Origin: an uncultured Porphyromonadaceae bacterium
Lineage (GTDB): Bacteria; Bacteroidota; Bacteroidia; Bacteroidales; Muribaculaceae
Assembly (NCBI GenBank): GCA_947176935.1
Contig: CAMWSP010000001.1
Coordinates: forward strand, 20-64,019
Direction: 5' to 3'
Length of the DNA stretch: 64,000 nt
Under the pieces are notes generated by a model. The model was given only the letters and a program-made list of their open reading frames with translations, was not told the origin of the DNA and did not search any database. Numbering within the stretch: position 1 is the first letter of the stretch; each line of letters opens with the position of its first letter. Both the position numbers and the translations under genes were made by a program. Positions 52,250 through 62,782 of the stretch are shown piece by piece.

Positions 52250-53352
52250 TGCTGCTGAAGTCACTGGCAATCGACAATTTCAAAAACATTGAGCGCGCGC
52301 GGCTGGAGTTCTCTCCGAAGGTCAACGGCCTGCTCGGTCATAACGGCATGGGCAAGAGTAATCTGCTCGATGCCGTTTTCACTCTGAGCTTCACCAAGAG
52401 TTTCTGCCGCGTGCCCGATGCCATGTTGATTCGCAGTGGCGAGCAGTTCGCGCTGGTCAAGGCCGCCTATCTGCGTCGCGGAACCGACGAGGACCTGACC
52501 CTCGGGCTGGTCGAAGGCAAACGCAAGAGCCTCAAGCGCAAGGGCAAGGAATATCAGAAAATGTCGGACCATATCGGGGTGTTCCCGCTCGTAATGATTT
52601 CGCCGGCCGATGTCGACCTCGTGCGCGAAAGCCCCGAGGAGCGTCGCCGCTGGATCGATATGGTCATCAGCCAGAGCGACTCCCGCTATCTCGACGCCCT
52701 CATACGCTACGCCCACGCCCTGGAGCAGCGCAACCGTCTGCTCAAGGACTCCATTTCCGACCCGGCCATGTTTCAGGCGCTCGAAGCCGTTATGGAGCCG
52801 GCCGCACTGTATATCTACAATGCCCGGACCGAATGGGTCGGACGACTGCAGCCCATATTCGAGAAGTTCTATGCCCGCATCAGCGGCAACACCGGCGAAT
52901 GCCCCGGCATAACCTACGTTTCGCAGCTGCAACGCGCCGAATCCTATGCCGCCATGATGGCCGAACACTCGGCGCGCGACTTTGCGCTGCGCCACACCTC
53001 GGCCGGTCCGCACCGCGACGACATAGAGCTTACGCTCAACGCTATGGACATGCGCCGCACCGGTTCCCAGGGCCAGTGCAAAACCTTTGTCATCGCCCTG
53101 CGCCTGGCCCAATATGAGTTCCTGGCCGAGGCTACCGGCATGAAGCCGCTGCTGCTCCTCGACGATATTTTCGACAAGCTCGACGCTCAGCGCGTGGAGC
53201 GCATAGTGCAGCTCGTCGGCGACCCCGCTTTCGGCCAGATATTCATAACCGACACCAACCGCTCCCACCTCGACGAAATCATGAGCCGTTCCGGCGGCGA
53301 CTATCGGCTCTGGCAGGTCGATAACGGCTCCTTTACCCCTCTCCACGAATGA
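52249..53352 (+). CDS. recF: DNA replication and repair protein RecF
   Basis: LLGHNGMGKSNLLDA Walker A, signature GSQGQCKTFVIALRLAQ, LLLDDIFDKLD Walker B. Confidence 0.9.
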   Translation: MLLKSLAIDNFKNIERARLEFSPKVNGLLGHNGMGKSNLLDAVFTLSFTKSFCRVPDAMLIRSGEQFALVKAAYLRRGTDEDLTLGLVEGKRKSLKRKGKEYQKMSDHIGVFPLVMISPADVDLVRESPEERRRWIDMVISQSDSRYLDALIRYAHALEQRNRLLKDSISDPAMFQALEAVMEPAALYIYNARTEWVGRLQPIFEKFYARISGNTGECPGITYVSQLQRAESYAAMMAEHSARDFALRHTSAGPHRDDIELTLNAMDMRRTGSQGQCKTFVIALRLAQYEFLAEATGMKPLLLLDDIFDKLDAQRVERIVQLVGDPAFGQIFITDTNRSHLDEIMSRSGGDYRLWQVDNGSFTPLHE

Positions 53353-53645
53353 AGAAAACCGAACCGCAGCCAATCGGCGATATTATCAACGAAGTGTTCC
53401 GGCGTTCGGGCCATCAGGCCGATGCCGACCGCTACCGCGCGCTGACCAACTGGGTCAACGTTGTCGGCCCCGGAATCAACGCGCTCACAACGCGCCGCTA
53501 TGTTACCGAAGCGGGCGCAATCCATGTCTATATCTCCTCGGCCGCCGTAAAGGCCGACCTGATGTTCATGCGCCGGTCCTTGTTAGATTCCCTCAATGAA
53601 TATGCCGGCGCGCCGGGAGTAATAACCGAATTGATTATCCACTGA
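53349..53645 (+). CDS. DUF721 (DciA-like) domain protein
   Basis: 98 aa directly after recF. Typical pattern PIGDIINEVF...W..VVGP.I...T....V..G.I.V.ISS....DL. Confidence 0.65.
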   Translation: MKKTEPQPIGDIINEVFRRSGHQADADRYRALTNWVNVVGPGINALTTRRYVTEAGAIHVYISSAAVKADLMFMRRSLLDSLNEYAGAPGVITELIIH

Positions 53646-54589
53646 TGACCGGACTCGTAATCTCAAATCTGGGCAGCCGCTATGAAGTGCTCCCCGACGG
53701 CGGCGCCGCTCCGGTGCTCTGCGCCGCCAAGGGAAACCTGCGCATCAAGGGAATCCGCACAACCAATCCCGTTGCCGTTGGCGACCGGGTTGTCTTTTCC
53801 GATGCCCCCGGGGCCGAAATAGCCTACATAACGGCCATTGAGCCGCGACGGAACTACATTATCCGGCGCGCATCGAATCTGAGCAAGGAGAGCCACATCC
53901 TGGCCGCCAACATCGACTGCGCAATTCTCGTGGCCACGCTTGTTCACCCCGAAACCTCAACCACTTTCATCGACCGGTTCCTGGCAACGGCCGAGGCCTA
54001 CGATATTCCGGCCGTGCTGGTCATAAACAAAACCGACCTCCTGGACGATGCCGAGGGCCGCGAGCTCCTCGACGCGGTGGCTTATCTCTACCGCTCCATC
54101 GGCTATCAGGTGGTCCTCACCAGCGTGCGCACCGGCTCCGGCCTCGACGCGCTCGGCGAGCTGCTGGCCGGCAAAACGTCGCTGCTTTCCGGCAACTCCG
54201 GCGTTGGCAAGTCGAGCCTTATCAATGCGCTGATTCCCGGCGCCAACGCAACGACCGCCGCCGTCAGCGACGCAACCGATTCGGGCACACACACAACCAC
54301 CTCCTCCCGCATGTATGACCTCCCCGGCGGCGGCCGTCTCATCGATGTCCCCGGAGTGCGCGGATTCGGCACTCTCGACTTCGACCGCTACGAAGTGGGC
54401 CATTTCTTCCCCGAAATTTTCAGCGAGTCGGCCAACTGCCGCTTTTCGAACTGCACCCACACCGAGGGCGAACCCGGATGCGCGGTGCTCCGCGCGGTCG
54501 CCGACAGCCGCATAGCGCGCAGCCGCTATGCTTCCTACCTTTCCATTCTAACCAACGACGCAACCCAAACTAATCAAAAATACAGATAA
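53645..54589 (+). CDS. rsgA: ribosome small subunit-dependent GTPase A
   Basis: Circularly permuted GTPase order (INKTDL ... GNSGVGKSSLINAL ... DVPGVRGF) and C-terminal zinc knuckle (CRFSNCTHTEGEPGCAV). Confidence 0.9.
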   Translation: MTGLVISNLGSRYEVLPDGGAAPVLCAAKGNLRIKGIRTTNPVAVGDRVVFSDAPGAEIAYITAIEPRRNYIIRRASNLSKESHILAANIDCAILVATLVHPETSTTFIDRFLATAEAYDIPAVLVINKTDLLDDAEGRELLDAVAYLYRSIGYQVVLTSVRTGSGLDALGELLAGKTSLLSGNSGVGKSSLINALIPGANATTAAVSDATDSGTHTTTSSRMYDLPGGGRLIDVPGVRGFGTLDFDRYEVGHFFPEIFSESANCRFSNCTHTEGEPGCAVLRAVADSRIARSRYASYLSILTNDATQTNQKYR

Positions 54590-55024
54590 ATGGTAACCTC
54601 AATTCCCGGCGAAATTTTCAACGACCATCGCGGCACTATCATATCCCTCAATGATTTCCACCTCGAAGGAGTGGAACGCACCTACACTATTCACCATCCC
54701 GACGCATCGGTTGTTCGCGGCTGGCATGGTCATCAGAACGAGCGCAAGTGGTTCCACTGCATCCGCGGCAGCTTCGTTATGGCATTCGTTAAAATCGACG
54801 ATTGGGATAACCCCTCGCTCGACCTGAAGCCCGAAATATTCCATATCTCCGACAAGAAGAGCGAGGTGCTCTGCGTGCCCGCAGGCTATGCCAACTGCAT
54901 CAAGGCCATGGAACCCGGCTCGATTCTTCAGGTCTGGTCCGACAAGCAGATGGATGTTGCCGTGCTCGACTCCTGGCGCTACCCCTACACCAACTGGGTA
55001 GACTGGTCGGTCTATGGAGGTTAA
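54590..55024 (+). CDS. WxcM-like / sugar ketoisomerase-type small cupin protein
   Basis: 144 aa. F.DHRGTI..L.......ERTYTIHHPDASVVRGWHGHQNERKWFHCIRGSF resembles the FdtA/WxcM C-terminal cupin. Confidence 0.55.
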   Translation: MVTSIPGEIFNDHRGTIISLNDFHLEGVERTYTIHHPDASVVRGWHGHQNERKWFHCIRGSFVMAFVKIDDWDNPSLDLKPEIFHISDKKSEVLCVPAGYANCIKAMEPGSILQVWSDKQMDVAVLDSWRYPYTNWVDWSVYGG

Positions 55025-55829
55025 CGTAGTTACCGGACCCACCGCTTCTGGCAAGACCGCGGCGGCCATAGAGCTGGCGCAGCGTCTGGGCTGCGAGATA
55101 ATTTCGGCCGACTCGCGCCAGATTTTCCGCGGCATACCTATAACCACCGCCGCCCCCACGGCCCGCGAGCTGGCCGCCGTTCGCCACCACCTGGTAGGCG
55201 TTCTGGAGCTCGACGACTACTATTCCGCCGCGCGCTTCGAGGAGGATGCCTTAGGGCTGATTGCCGACATGGAGCGCCGCGGACTCGACCGCGTGGTTGT
55301 TTGCGGCGGCTCGATGATGTATATCAACGCGCTGCTCAACGGCCTCGACGAACTCCCCACCATTTCCGACCGCGTGCGCGCCGAAACCCTCGAGTTTTAT
55401 CAGCAGCAGGGCATCGACGCTCTGCGCGCCGAACTGCAGCGACTCGACCCCGACTATCTGGCCGCCGCCGACCCCAATAATCACCGGCGGCTGATTCACG
55501 CCCTTGAAATTATCCGCGAGAGCGGCGCCCCGGTGTCGCAGCTGCGCACCGGCCGGCGCAAGCAAAGGCCCTTCAGCGTCAATATGCATGTCCTGAATCC
55601 GCCGCGAGCCGAGCTGTTCGACCGCATAAACCGCCGGGTGGAGAAAATGATTGAGCAGGGAATGCTCGACGAAGCGCGCGCGGTCTACCCGCTGCGCCGG
55701 CTGAATTCGCTCAACACTGTAGGCTTCAAGGAGCTGTTCGCCTATTTCGACGGCATCTGGGATTTGCCCACCGCCATTGCCCGCATTCAGAAAAACACGC
55801 GCGTCTACGCCAAAAAGCAGCTCACCTAC

Positions 55830-55859
<30 letters not shown>
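55014..55859 (+). CDS. miaA: tRNA dimethylallyltransferase
   Basis: VVTGPTASGKTAAAIELA P-loop, IISADSRQIFRG, VVCGGSMMYINALL. Confidence 0.9.
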
Positions 55860-58389
<2,530 letters not shown>

Positions 58390-58426
58390 CTATAAATCTT
58401 CGTTCGTTTAATCAGTTTTTACGCCG

Positions 58427-58434
58427 CAAAGTTA
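58427..58434 (-). promoter_or_regulatory. -7 box TAACTTTG upstream of the ABC-F gene
   Basis: caaagtta on the plus strand, about 40 nt from ATG 58386. Confidence 0.5.
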
Positions 58435-58505
58435 CGCAAATAATCCATAACGGCCAAATCCGGCGCCCGTTGTCGAAAAAATTTGGGTAATTTCCTGAAA
58501 ATTAC

Positions 58506-58513
58506 TATCTTTG
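58506..58513 (+). promoter_or_regulatory. -7 box TATCTTTG upstream of the CHASE2 module
   Basis: 42 nt before ATG 58556. It is followed by a 7-bp stem hairpin, GGTGCAT...ATGCACC (58515-58539). Confidence 0.5.
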
Positions 58514-58555
58514 CGGTGCATAATCACCACGCATGCACCTATAAATGTAAATCAA

Positions 58556-59752
58556 ATGGCTGAAAGTCAACAAATTACCCCCCCCACACACTGCGACCCT
58601 TCGCCTAAGTCTCTGACCGGCGAATCATTAGGCCGCACGCTCTTGCGGGCGTCGCTTATAACCGTTCTGGCCTATTTGCTGTCGCTGCTTTTCACTCAGC
58701 CTTTTTCTTTTTCGGCGGGCACAATGCTTTCGAGCGCCGAGAAAAATGATTTCAATCTTACGGATTTTTACCATATCGTTGCCGACGCGCGCCCTATGCG
58801 CACGCTCGACACCGACATCGTGCTGGTCGATATCGCCAACTCCGAGCGCGAGGAAATCACCGACCTGCTCAACATTCTCTCCGAAATGCGCCCGGCAGCC
58901 GTCGGGCTCGACGTTGTGTTCAATGAAGAGCGCGCCGACGATGAAGCGCTCCTTGAGGCCATGAGCCGTCTGCCGAATCTGGTCATGGCCGTCGGCGTCA
59001 GCGAAGCGCCCGGTGCGTCCGGCGCGTTCATGGTCGATGACTATTCCTATTTCTATCCCTCCTGCCGCGGCTCTCACATGCATGGCGTGGTGAACTTCCC
59101 CACCAAGTTCAGCGGCGCCACTATCCGCTCGTTCCGCCCGGAATTTATCGATGCCGCGGGCGACACTCTCCCCTCGCTCTCCGTTGCGCTGGCAAATCTG
59201 GTTGACCCCGAGGCCGTTCGGAAACTCAGGTCGCGCGGCAATGAAGTGGAGCTCATCGATTACCCCAGCCGCACATTCGCCTCCATGAGTCTTGACGAAG
59301 TCCCCGACAATGCCGATAAAATCGCCGGAAAGATTGTTTTAATCGGTTCGCTGGCCGAGAAGGAAGACGTTCATGCAACTCCCGTCAGCTCTGATATGCC
59401 CGGCGTCATGATTCATGCCTATGCCGCCAGCTCGATTCTGCGCGGGGCCACTTATACAGTCGCCGGTCGCGCAGTCAACATGGCCATAGCCTTTGTTCTT
59501 TGCTTTCTGCTCTGCTACACCAATATCACCTTCAAGAGCCCGGCGCGTGCGCTTTGGATGCGCATAGCGCAGCTGGCGGTTCTCTATCTGATTATCCGCG
59601 TGGGCTATTATCTGTTCATCGACAAGCAGGTGATTATCGACTTCTCCTACACGTTGCTGATGCTCACCTTCGGGTTCTTTGCGCTCGACCTCTGGACCGG
59701 CATGGCCCACTACGCCGGTCTGCTTTATAATAAACTGAAAAACCGCAACTAA
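58556..59752 (+). CDS. CHASE2 domain membrane protein without an output domain
   Basis: One N-terminal TM helix and a ~270-aa external region with CHASE2-like DTDIVLVDIANSEREE...MRPAAVGLDVVF...VNFP...IVLIGS. Three C-terminal TM helices follow, and the protein ends about 20 aa after the last one. Start uncertain (ATG 58556 preferred over TTG 58511). Confidence 0.65.
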   Translation: MAESQQITPPTHCDPSPKSLTGESLGRTLLRASLITVLAYLLSLLFTQPFSFSAGTMLSSAEKNDFNLTDFYHIVADARPMRTLDTDIVLVDIANSEREEITDLLNILSEMRPAAVGLDVVFNEERADDEALLEAMSRLPNLVMAVGVSEAPGASGAFMVDDYSYFYPSCRGSHMHGVVNFPTKFSGATIRSFRPEFIDAAGDTLPSLSVALANLVDPEAVRKLRSRGNEVELIDYPSRTFASMSLDEVPDNADKIAGKIVLIGSLAEKEDVHATPVSSDMPGVMIHAYAASSILRGATYTVAGRAVNMAIAFVLCFLLCYTNITFKSPARALWMRIAQLAVLYLIIRVGYYLFIDKQVIIDFSYTLLMLTFGFFALDLWTGMAHYAGLLYNKLKNRN

Positions 59753-59768
59753 ACTACTTTTATCCGTT

Positions 59769-60608
59769 ATGTCAAGAATCCTGTCGCTCATAGCAATTCT
59801 GCTCCTTGCAGTCGCCCCGGTCAGTGCCGAATATATAGTCCGCGATGTTACGGGGCAGGTCCATCTGTCGCGTGGCAACAAGAATATTGCCGTTGTCAAG
59901 AACATGAGCCTTGCGCCGGCCGATATGATTATGCTCGGCAACGGTGCGTCGCTCAGCATCCTCGACACCACCGACTCGAAAATCTACGTTGCCGAAACTC
60001 AGGGCCTTTACAGCGTTTCGCGCCTGATTTTCGACGCCCGCCGCAAAGCGCGCTCCAATGCCTCGTCGGTCCATGGCAAGCTGCGTCTCACCAAGGATAA
60101 AGCCCCCGAAGGCGTTGTCTACGTCGAGAAGGGAAAGGTTACGCGTGCGCTGACCGTTTACGACCCCGAAGCGCAGAATATTCAGATGGATATTGACAAG
60201 CTGGCCCGCCGGCTTTATCTTATCATGCGCGATTCGCTTGGCCAGACAACCTCGCAGCCCGACGCAACGGTGTTGAGCCAGCGTGTGGAGCCCGACGGCC
60301 TGAGCTTCATGGTAGAGAACACTTTATCTTACCCAATATATTTCAATGTTTTCAAAATCAACGGAGCCGACGGTTCGGTAACCATATCCGAACTCGGCCA
60401 GCCCGTTGGGTGCTACGCTATTCTGCCAACCCAGTTCCTGGCGCGCGAACAGCGCTCGGGGCTGGGGCAGAACGAGCTGCACATAATGATTATGTCTGAC
60501 TTCTTTTTCGACATCGACGAGCTGCTGACGCGCCTTAACGCCCTGATCGACGGCGGCGCGCAGGTCGACGCTCCCGATAGCGTTCCCGTTTACCTGCTTC
60601 CGCTCTGA
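59769..60608 (+). CDS. secreted protein, FecR-like N-terminal and DUF4384-like C-terminal regions
   Basis: Signal peptide (LLLAVAPVSAEY). VRDVTGQVHLSRGNKNIAVVKNMSLAPADMIMLGNGASLSILD fits the FecR-domain pattern. The C-terminus YPIYFNVFKINGADGSVTISELGQP...ELHIMIMSD fits the DUF4384 pattern. Confidence 0.45.
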   Translation: MSRILSLIAILLLAVAPVSAEYIVRDVTGQVHLSRGNKNIAVVKNMSLAPADMIMLGNGASLSILDTTDSKIYVAETQGLYSVSRLIFDARRKARSNASSVHGKLRLTKDKAPEGVVYVEKGKVTRALTVYDPEAQNIQMDIDKLARRLYLIMRDSLGQTTSQPDATVLSQRVEPDGLSFMVENTLSYPIYFNVFKINGADGSVTISELGQPVGCYAILPTQFLAREQRSGLGQNELHIMIMSDFFFDIDELLTRLNALIDGGAQVDAPDSVPVYLLPL

Positions 60609-60671
60609 ACCCACACACGCACACACGATAAATTCTTCACACATTCATACTTATCCCCCCTCTACTGACCA

Positions 60672-62759
60672 ATGAAACTTACTAAATGCTTTGCGTTAGT
60701 CGCCTTGTTTCCGATACTGAGTGCTTCGGGCCTGTCGGCGCAGTCAGCCGACGCACCCGACTATCACTTCGAGGTGCCCGATAATCCCGTCGGCGCTACC
60801 CGTTTCGCCTATACGCTCTATTCGCATGCTCCCAAGCGTGTTTTCAATCTGATTGGCCGACCGGTAGCCAACCTCAGCGAAGAAATCGTCAACATGGCCA
60901 TCAGCCCCATTGGCCGTAATTGCGCCGTGGTCACCACCGACACCAAAGGTCGCAACAGCCTGACGATTATCAACGTTACCAAGTTCAACGATATCGTTTA
61001 TAAGTTCAAGCGCAAAAAACTCGGCAATCCGACTTCGGCGGTTTATACTCCCGACGGGCAGAGCCTGGTCGTGGCTACCGGCGACAGCATTGCCCACATC
61101 CTTGACGCCCGCAAGTATTTCGAGCAAGGCACCATAGCGCTCAAGCATCCCGCCGCCAATATGACGCTCAGCAAAAACGCCTACCACCTCGCCACCACCG
61201 ACGGCCGGCGCGTAACCGTTTATAATTTCGAGGATAAGAACGTTCGCCACTCATGGGACTTTGAAACCGGAGTTACCGGCATGGTCTTTTCCGACGACGA
61301 TACCGAGCTGGCCATAGCTACCGACGACGGCCAGGTGAGCATCTACGACACCCGCACCTTTATCATCAAGAACACCCTCGAGGATGTCGGCGATGCTTTG
61401 GCCGTCAGCTATAACTTCGACGGCAAGTATATGGCCGTTGCCCAGTCGCCCGAAAGCATTGTGGTAGTGAACCTGCTCGAGCCGGAAACCGACCGCATGG
61501 TGCTCCGCGTTCCGGCCGGCGACGTCAGGGACCTGGTGTTCATCCCCGATACCAAAAAGAACACACTGCTGGCCTACACAACCCGCAAGGCCGTGGACCT
61601 CAGGCGCATGGAGCATCTGCAGCCCTACTATAACAAACTCGTCAACGACGAAGTTTCCCGTTTGATGAACGAATGGTTGAAGCGTATGCCCGACGAATCA
61701 CTCGAAGACTACCGCGCCCGTGTCAACGACGAAACCCGCGCCCGCCAGCGCCGCCTGTTTGAAGATGAAGTGGCCACCCGCATGGCCCCCGACATGCTCG
61801 CAATGGCCGAAGTGACCCTTGGCCAGTACGACAAGCGCCACGAGCTGCTCGAAGTGAACTTCAGCAACATGCCTTCGATTTACCTGCCGGTTAAAAACGA
61901 TGATATCGAGTACTTTACCAGCGCCGGCGACCTGACCTTTACCAACGCCCGCTATTCGGTCGACAATAGCGACCGCTTTGAAATGATCTACGCCGAAGTC
62001 CTGAACTCGGCCGACGGCAAGACCTATATATATAACAACATCGAGCGCGCCGAACTGAGCTTCATGACCGACGACGATGACGAGGAAGAAGTTTCGCTGG
62101 CCCTGATTGAACAGCAGCAGATGGAAGAAATCCGCCTGCGTGAAATCCAGGAAGAGGTCGTTGCCGAGGCCAAGAGCCAGAACGTTATTTCCGACCACAC
62201 GAACATCAACGTTTCCAGCGAGGTGGTGCCCGACTATGACGCCAACGGTAACCGCATACTCAACTACAAGGTCAGCTACACCTATGAAGTCGACCCCGGC
62301 TTCACCGCCAAGGAAGACTTCGGACCCGGCAAATATCATATCAATGAATCGGGTGCCGCATCGTCGATGCTCGAAATCGTGCGCAAGTCGCTCGAGGGCG
62401 AGCTGGCCCGCTATGTCAAGGAGGGCAAGAAGGTCAACGTGCGCATTTCCGGCACCGCCGATTCCAGCCCCATTGTCGGCAAGATTATCTACGACGGCGT
62501 TTATGGCGAGTTTGACGAAGAACCCATCTACAACAACGGCGAACTCACAACCGTTACCGTCACCCCCAAAGGCCGCATAACCGAAAACGAGCAGCTCGCT
62601 TTCCTCCGCGCCCAAGGTGTGAAGAAATATCTTGAGGATAACATCAAGGAACTGCACCAGATGAAGAGCAACTACCGCATCGACATCAACGTGACCGAGG
62701 GCAAGGGTAGCCAGTTCCGCCGCATCACCGCCGAAATCACTTTCGTTGACGCTTTCTAA
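60672..62759 (+). CDS. secreted WD40-like beta-propeller protein with acidic coiled-coil linker and OmpA-like C-terminal domain
   Basis: Signal peptide. WD-like repeats (LATTDGRRVTVYNFED, LAIATDDGQVSIYDTRTF, MAVAQSPESIVVVNL). DDDDEEE plus a QQQMEEIRLREIQEE linker. C-terminus VNVRISGTADSSPI...NEQLAFLRAQGVKKYL resembles the OmpA_C pattern. Confidence 0.5.
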   Translation: MKLTKCFALVALFPILSASGLSAQSADAPDYHFEVPDNPVGATRFAYTLYSHAPKRVFNLIGRPVANLSEEIVNMAISPIGRNCAVVTTDTKGRNSLTIINVTKFNDIVYKFKRKKLGNPTSAVYTPDGQSLVVATGDSIAHILDARKYFEQGTIALKHPAANMTLSKNAYHLATTDGRRVTVYNFEDKNVRHSWDFETGVTGMVFSDDDTELAIATDDGQVSIYDTRTFIIKNTLEDVGDALAVSYNFDGKYMAVAQSPESIVVVNLLEPETDRMVLRVPAGDVRDLVFIPDTKKNTLLAYTTRKAVDLRRMEHLQPYYNKLVNDEVSRLMNEWLKRMPDESLEDYRARVNDETRARQRRLFEDEVATRMAPDMLAMAEVTLGQYDKRHELLEVNFSNMPSIYLPVKNDDIEYFTSAGDLTFTNARYSVDNSDRFEMIYAEVLNSADGKTYIYNNIERAELSFMTDDDDEEEVSLALIEQQQMEEIRLREIQEEVVAEAKSQNVISDHTNINVSSEVVPDYDANGNRILNYKVSYTYEVDPGFTAKEDFGPGKYHINESGAASSMLEIVRKSLEGELARYVKEGKKVNVRISGTADSSPIVGKIIYDGVYGEFDEEPIYNNGELTTVTVTPKGRITENEQLAFLRAQGVKKYLEDNIKELHQMKSNYRIDINVTEGKGSQFRRITAEITFVDAF

Positions 62760-62782
62760 TAGATTCAATCTCAAAAATAATA

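Noticed and set aside
60612-60627. A CACACACG x2 microrepeat in the spacer before the WD40-OmpA gene.
   Set aside because: It has only two short units within a C/A-rich leader typical of Bacteroidota 5' UTRs. That is too short to call a functional repeat.
60672-62759. Calling the WD40-OmpA-like protein the T9SS component PorE.
   Set aside because: It has no lipobox and no N-terminal TPR region, its OmpA-like motif is degenerate, and it carries an acidic coiled-coil linker not expected in PorE. The identity cannot be supported without a search.
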